Shown: positions 37,253 to 41,617 of the stretch, piece by piece
How the letters are laid out: each line of letters opens with the position of its first letter
Position numbering within the stretch: position 1 is the first letter of the stretch
From: an uncultured Oscillospiraceae bacterium
Lineage (GTDB): Bacteria; Bacillota; Clostridia; UMGS1883; UMGS1540
Assembly: GCA_964577335.1 (NCBI GenBank)
Contig: CAZNYY010000001.1
Span: forward strand, 1-41,617
Direction: 5' to 3'
Length of the DNA stretch: 41,617 bases
Notes under the pieces: model-generated
Databases searched by the model: none
Seen by the model: only the letters and a program-made list of their open reading frames with translations
What the model was told of the DNA's origin: nothing
Position numbers and translations under genes: made by a program

Positions 37253-38714
37253 ACTTTCCTCCTAAAATTAAAAAACAAATTATGAGTATTGGCGCATCCC
37301 CCCAAACTGTGTACAGGGTTTTGCCTTTCCCCGGCAAAACCTCCTCCGTCAGAGAACCTTCGCCGCTTTCGTCTATTACCTTTCCGTCGGGAGTTATTAT
37401 ACAATTTACACCCAAATTTGCGCTTCTTATCAGGTACCTTCCGTTTTCGACCGCCCGTAAAACCGAATGGGCAAGGTGCTGTGTTATCGCCTGTGTGCCA
37501 TAAAACCATGAATCATTCGTGGAAACACAAAGTACCTCCGCACCATCCAAAACCGCATCTCTTGCAAGAGACGGAAAGATAGAATCAAAGCATATCATTC
37601 CGCCTATTTTACCGTACTTGGTACTCACAACCGATGAATGCCCCCAAGGCATCACATCCTCCTCAGGCGGGCTGACCTCGTCGATTGACGGCATAAAAAT
37701 GCGAACTGCGCTCCGCATGGGAGTATATTCTCCAAAAGGCACGGGACGCTTTTTCCCATATACTCCAATATCCTCGCCTTCCTCCATGACATAAACAGCG
37801 GAGTAATTAACGTCCGTGTTATAATATCCTCCCGCAAGAAGGGTAATTCCGTAATCTTCTGCGGTTTTCTTATAATCATTTATGTACATGGCGCCCTTTT
37901 GGGGGTTTACGGGCACTGCCGTTTCAGGCCACAACACAAAATCCGCAGTTTTGGCAGCTTCTTTTGTAGCTTCAATATATTGCTCCTTAGCAGCCAAAAC
38001 CTTTTCCGCTTTCATCTTTTCGGCAGGAGGTATATTAACCCAAACGGGTGCCGCCAAAAACCCATCTCCAAATTCCACACCCGTGGGAATTGCCGAAAGA
38101 GAAAATATTGCCGTCAGAAGAAAAATTGCCGCACCGATATACCGCACATTTTTAAACGACAGCGCCAAAAAAGCATTAAATCCGATTATTATAAAACTTA
38201 TAAACAGACTGCCGAAAATTGACGTACTTTGAATAAATGCGGGGTACATATATTGCGACACGGCAAGCCGACCCCAGGGCATAGCAAGAGGACCCATACC
38301 CTGAAGCCACTCGGAGATGCAAAACAATGCCGCTGCAGAAAATGCAAACCATGCACCATTTTTGATAAATGAATGCAAAAAAAACAGTGCCGCAGACAAT
38401 ATAAGCGCCAGTATAAGGCTTAAAACCACCCATGCCAAGGTAACCAAAATAATGCTGCGGGCACCGTATATGCCTGCATTTGCCAAGGGATGAAGCTTAA
38501 AAAGCCACGAAAGAAGGGGAAAGTAAAATGATACGGAAAATAAAAAAGAGGAAACCACCGCATCTTTCCTTGTCTTAACTTTATAAAGAACAGTATAAAA
38601 AAACGGAACAAAAGAAACCCATGCCAAAAACCCGGCGGACGGCAAAAAAGCCGCCGCCGTTAAAAGCCCTGATAAAATAGGCGAAAAGAATATCAGCCTT
38701 CTATTCATAGCCAT
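37167..38714 (-). CDS. lnt: apolipoprotein N-acyltransferase-like protein (Lnt family, CN-hydrolase domain)
   Basis: N-terminal multi-TM region plus a CN-hydrolase domain with the E/K/C triad context (VLWPETAVP, GKKRPVPFGEY, GGMICFDSIF). The ATG at 38714 overlaps the esterase TGA by 1 nt. Its tail overlaps the AEC gene by 86 nt. Confidence 0.8.
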   Translation of the reverse strand: MAMNRRLIFFSPILSGLLTAAAFLPSAGFLAWVSFVPFFYTVLYKVKTRKDAVVSSFLFSVSFYFPLLSWLFKLHPLANAGIYGARSIILVTLAWVVLSLILALILSAALFFLHSFIKNGAWFAFSAAALFCISEWLQGMGPLAMPWGRLAVSQYMYPAFIQSTSIFGSLFISFIIIGFNAFLALSFKNVRYIGAAIFLLTAIFSLSAIPTGVEFGDGFLAAPVWVNIPPAEKMKAEKVLAAKEQYIEATKEAAKTADFVLWPETAVPVNPQKGAMYINDYKKTAEDYGITLLAGGYYNTDVNYSAVYVMEEGEDIGVYGKKRPVPFGEYTPMRSAVRIFMPSIDEVSPPEEDVMPWGHSSVVSTKYGKIGGMICFDSIFPSLARDAVLDGAEVLCVSTNDSWFYGTQAITQHLAHSVLRAVENGRYLIRSANLGVNCIITPDGKVIDESGEGSLTEEVLPGKGKTLYTVWGDAPILIICFLILGGKYVTKSHKLYKRYCAYIFTGGARCVPEKN

Positions 38715-39682
38715 CAATCTTCGAAAATTTCCCTTAAAAATGTAAATTCAATATCTCCGGCACCTTTTAGTCCTTCGTGACCAAAATCGGGATAAAGTAT
38801 GTATTCTTTCTCGCTTTGGATTTTATTGTACGCCGCAAACTGTGTTGAGGGCGGGCACGTTGTGTCCATCAGCCCTGTAAACATCAACACCTTTGCACGT
38901 ATCCGTTTTGTCATATTCTGTATGTCAATATACCCAAGCTTTTCAAAAATTTCATATTCCCTTTCATGCCGAGGGTCAAAGCACCTGAAATATTTTTCAA
39001 TTTCTTCGTATGCCCCTTTTGCCAGATCCATATCCCAAACCCTTTTATAGTCAGATAAAAACGGAAACCTCGACACCGCCCTTTTAACTTCGGGAACAAG
39101 CGAGACACATACAAGCGTAAGCCCTCCGCCTTGAGAGCCGCCGACAGCGCAAAGTTTTTCTCCGTCAACCTCCGAGAACGAAGATACAACCTTTGCAAGT
39201 ATTGCCGTGTCAAGAAACATCTGCACAAAAAGCATATCCTCGGGCGGTCCGTCAACCCCCCGTATAAATTGCCCTCTAAATGTAGTTCCGACAGTGCCGC
39301 CAACGTCCTGTGATTTCCCGCCCTGTCCCCGACAATCCATTGCAGCAACGCAAAACCCTTCGGATACATATTTTAAGTATTCGCTCCATTCTCCGGATGA
39401 ACCTGAATAACCGTGGAAACACAAAATAGCGGGCGCATTGCTCACTATGTTTTTAGGGCGCAAATATTTTGCGTATATTCTTGCCCCCTTGGTACCTGTA
39501 TAATATAAATCAAAGCATTCGGCAACACTGCTCTTAAAATCACTTTCTACAAGCTTGACATCCGGGTTTATTTTATCAAGTTCACTAAGCCTTGCATCCC
39601 AGAACTCGTCAAAATCCTCCGGGCATGGGGTTGAGCCGTTATATTTCAGCAGTTCTTCAACCGGTTTATCAATCATTGGCAT
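38714..39682 (-). CDS. acetylxylan esterase / cephalosporin-C deacetylase family (CE7)
   Basis: 322 aa with the AXE1-type N-terminus (FDEFWDARL) and nucleophile motif GGSQGG. ATG with GGAGAG SD. Confidence 0.85.
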   Translation of the reverse strand: MPMIDKPVEELLKYNGSTPCPEDFDEFWDARLSELDKINPDVKLVESDFKSSVAECFDLYYTGTKGARIYAKYLRPKNIVSNAPAILCFHGYSGSSGEWSEYLKYVSEGFCVAAMDCRGQGGKSQDVGGTVGTTFRGQFIRGVDGPPEDMLFVQMFLDTAILAKVVSSFSEVDGEKLCAVGGSQGGGLTLVCVSLVPEVKRAVSRFPFLSDYKRVWDMDLAKGAYEEIEKYFRCFDPRHEREYEIFEKLGYIDIQNMTKRIRAKVLMFTGLMDTTCPPSTQFAAYNKIQSEKEYILYPDFGHEGLKGAGDIEFTFLREIFED

Positions 39683-39735
39683 AATAATCTCTCCATTCTA
39701 TAGGGGCAAACATTTTTTCATGTTAGCCGCTATCC

Positions 39736-40962
39736 TTACCCAATTAAAATTTTAATGTATGCCTTTTTCCCCCGTTTGGCAATAATACCGTTTTCTCCAA
39801 AGTCCTCTGCCGTGAAGGCTTCATCAATTGATGTAACCTTTCGGTCATTTATGGTAAGACCGCCCTGCGTTACAAGCCTGCGTGCCTCAGATTTTGAGGG
39901 TAAAAACCCCGCCGCCGTAACAAGGTCAAGTACATTTATTCCGTCTCCAATATCCCCTTCCGAGATAAATGCCGTGGGCATGTCATCCGAAATTCCGCCC
40001 CGTGCGAAAATTTCGGCAGCAGCTTCCGCCGCCCGCTTTGCCTCATCCTCACCGTGAACCAAGGCGCACACTTCATATGCCAAGCGCTTTTTCGCCTCAT
40101 TCAGCTCCTGCCCGCTCATTTTTTCGTACTCTTTTATTTCTTCCATGGGCACAAAGGTAACAAGCTTTAGCATACGCACTACATCCGCATCATCAACATT
40201 TCTCCAATATTGATAAAAATCATAGGGAGAAACCTTCTCGGGGTCAAGCCACATGGCACCGGATGCGGTTTTGCCCATTTTCTTTCCGTCGGACGTTGTT
40301 AAAAGTGTAAAAGTCATACCATACACTTCACGCCCTTCAACCCTTCGCACAAGCTCAATCCCGCCTAAAATATTGCTCCACTGGTCATCACCGCCAAGCT
40401 CCAGCTTACAGCCGTACTGCCTATTTAAAACCAAAAAGTCATAGCTTTGCATAAGCATGTAATTAAACTCAATAAACGAAAGCCCCTGCTCAAGCCTTGA
40501 TTTAAAGCATTCCGCCGTAAGCATACGGTTTACTGAAAAATGTACACCCACCTCACGCAGAAAATCAATATAATTAAGCTTTAAAAGCCAGTCTGCATTA
40601 TTGACCATCAAAGCCTTGTCCTCGCCAAATTCTACAAGCCTTGACAGTTGTGTTTTAAATGCTGCAGCATTATTTTCTATGGTCTGGGGCGTCATCATCT
40701 TGCGCATATCGGTTCTCCCCGAAGGGTCACCTACCATGGCGGTGCCGCCGCCGATAATGGCTATGGGTCTGTGTCCGGCAAGCTGCATATGCCGCATTAC
40801 AACCATCTGCAGGAAATGCCCGACGTGCAAGCTGTCCGCAGTGGGGTCAAAACCTATATAAAAAGTAACCTTTTCATTCTCCAGCAGCTCTCTTATTTCC
40901 TTTTCATGCGTAACCTGGGCTATAAGCCCCCGCTCCGAAAGTGTATCAAATACATTTGCCAC
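39736..40962 (-). CDS. tyrS: tyrosine--tRNA ligase
   Basis: HIGH (HVGH) and KMSKS-like (KMGKT) motifs plus a C-terminal S4 domain. I prefer the GTG start at 40962 (GAGGTG SD 5 nt upstream, giving (M)[13 protein letters not shown]) over the ATG at 40992. Confidence 0.92.
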   Translation of the reverse strand: MANVFDTLSERGLIAQVTHEKEIRELLENEKVTFYIGFDPTADSLHVGHFLQMVVMRHMQLAGHRPIAIIGGGTAMVGDPSGRTDMRKMMTPQTIENNAAAFKTQLSRLVEFGEDKALMVNNADWLLKLNYIDFLREVGVHFSVNRMLTAECFKSRLEQGLSFIEFNYMLMQSYDFLVLNRQYGCKLELGGDDQWSNILGGIELVRRVEGREVYGMTFTLLTTSDGKKMGKTASGAMWLDPEKVSPYDFYQYWRNVDDADVVRMLKLVTFVPMEEIKEYEKMSGQELNEAKKRLAYEVCALVHGEDEAKRAAEAAAEIFARGGISDDMPTAFISEGDIGDGINVLDLVTAAGFLPSKSEARRLVTQGGLTINDRKVTSIDEAFTAEDFGENGIIAKRGKKAYIKILIG

Positions 40963-41025
40963 ATCATCACCTCTGATTTTCATTTCATTCAATTATAACC
41001 CTAAAAAACATATTTTTCAACATAT

Positions 41026-41617
41026 TTAACAAAGTTTTTCATTATTTACGAATATACCATGTCCTTCAAACACTTCAAGCATAACGGGGATTTTCAGTAT
41101 ATCTTCAAAATAAATTATATTCTCCCGCCCGTGCCCCACCACTTCCGACACATCACGGTTTCCGGCACGAATATTTAGGGTTTTGGCATCCGTCGCATTT
41201 ATAATGTTTTGAATTTTCCTTCGCAATACCCTTGACCTTACAAGTGCCCCAAGCGCCGGATGATATGCTCCCCCTGCCGCTCCCATTTCCAAACCTTCCG
41301 TTTGCTGAAGTCCTATTCGTATAACCTCCACCCCTGCCCGCTCAAAAACCATAAAGGCATCGGCTGCGGTTTCCACCGCTTCCTCAAGGGCGGGGGGCGT
41401 GTACTCTCCTCTTTTGTAAAGCTCATAAAGCTCTGTTTCAAAAAGCACAACACAGGGGTAAATCCGTACAAAATCCGCCCCCATCCGAACAAGTTCCCCC
41501 GCTGTGTACAAGCTTTTTTCACGGGTGTCACCAGGTAGCCCCGTCATCATTTGCAGTCCAAGTCCAATACCCGTGCCCTTTATTTTCTCCGCCGCCATAT
41601 ATGCCTGCTTTGCGGTA
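41026..41617 (-). CDS. radical SAM family protein, 3' part only (open to window edge)
   Basis: The reading frame stays open through position 41617. The sequence MMTGLPGDT...VRIYPCVVL...YHPALGALV resembles the post-cluster half of Elp3/HemN-like radical SAM enzymes. The N-terminus lies outside the window. Confidence 0.6.
   Translation of the reverse strand, partial: TAKQAYMAAEKIKGTGIGLGLQMMTGLPGDTREKSLYTAGELVRMGADFVRIYPCVVLFETELYELYKRGEYTPPALEEAVETAADAFMVFERAGVEVIRIGLQQTEGLEMGAAGGAYHPALGALVRSRVLRRKIQNIINATDAKTLNIRAGNRDVSEVVGHGRENIIYFEDILKIPVMLEVFEGHGIFVNNEKLC

Noticed and set aside
1-41617. Scan for tRNA/rRNA genes, transposases, integrases, phage genes, toxin-antitoxin pairs and defence-system genes
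   Set aside because: I recognised none. Every ORF of meaningful length is accounted for by housekeeping, cell-envelope or sporulation functions, so I am not claiming a novel multi-gene system in this window.

Overview
This window looks like a core chromosomal segment of an endospore-forming Clostridia-type Firmicute. I count 42 protein genes, 37 of them on the minus strand, and found no rRNA, tRNA, IS element, prophage or CRISPR array. Several blocks have familiar Bacillus/Clostridium synteny. They are punA-ahcY; the yabM/spoVB-like flippase with mazG and hup; and yqfC-yqfD-phoH-pgpH(yqfF)-ybeY-dgkA-era-recO. There is also a small sporulation set (ylbJ, a pdaB-like deacetylase, ytxC) and an FHA-FtsW/RodA-PBP2 operon. 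The ribosomal block rpmG-secE-nusG-rplK-rplA-rplJ-rplL carries an L10 leader and two L1-type mRNA stem-loops. The remaining blocks are tsaD, rny-ymdB, ftsK-ygiQ-folD, uppP, and a radical-SAM-tyrS-CE7 esterase-lnt-AEC transporter string. Many ORF-track starts are N-terminal over-extensions or non-ATG codons, and I re-set them from Shine-Dalgarno (SD) spacing. I did not find a convincing novel multi-gene system. The least explained sequence is the 36.0-36.3 kb intergenic region: two identical 42-bp direct repeats bracket a GC-rich core with mutually exclusive hairpins, and parts of it recur at 13.56 kb. Secondary items are a duplicated L1-binding-like stem-loop, a perfect 36-bp palindrome abutting the MATE promoter, an uncharacterised 243-aa protein next to ytxC, a lipoprotein with a C-terminal TM anchor and poly-acidic tail, two 86-nt gene overlaps, a possible AUA start for rny, and tyrS without a T-box.
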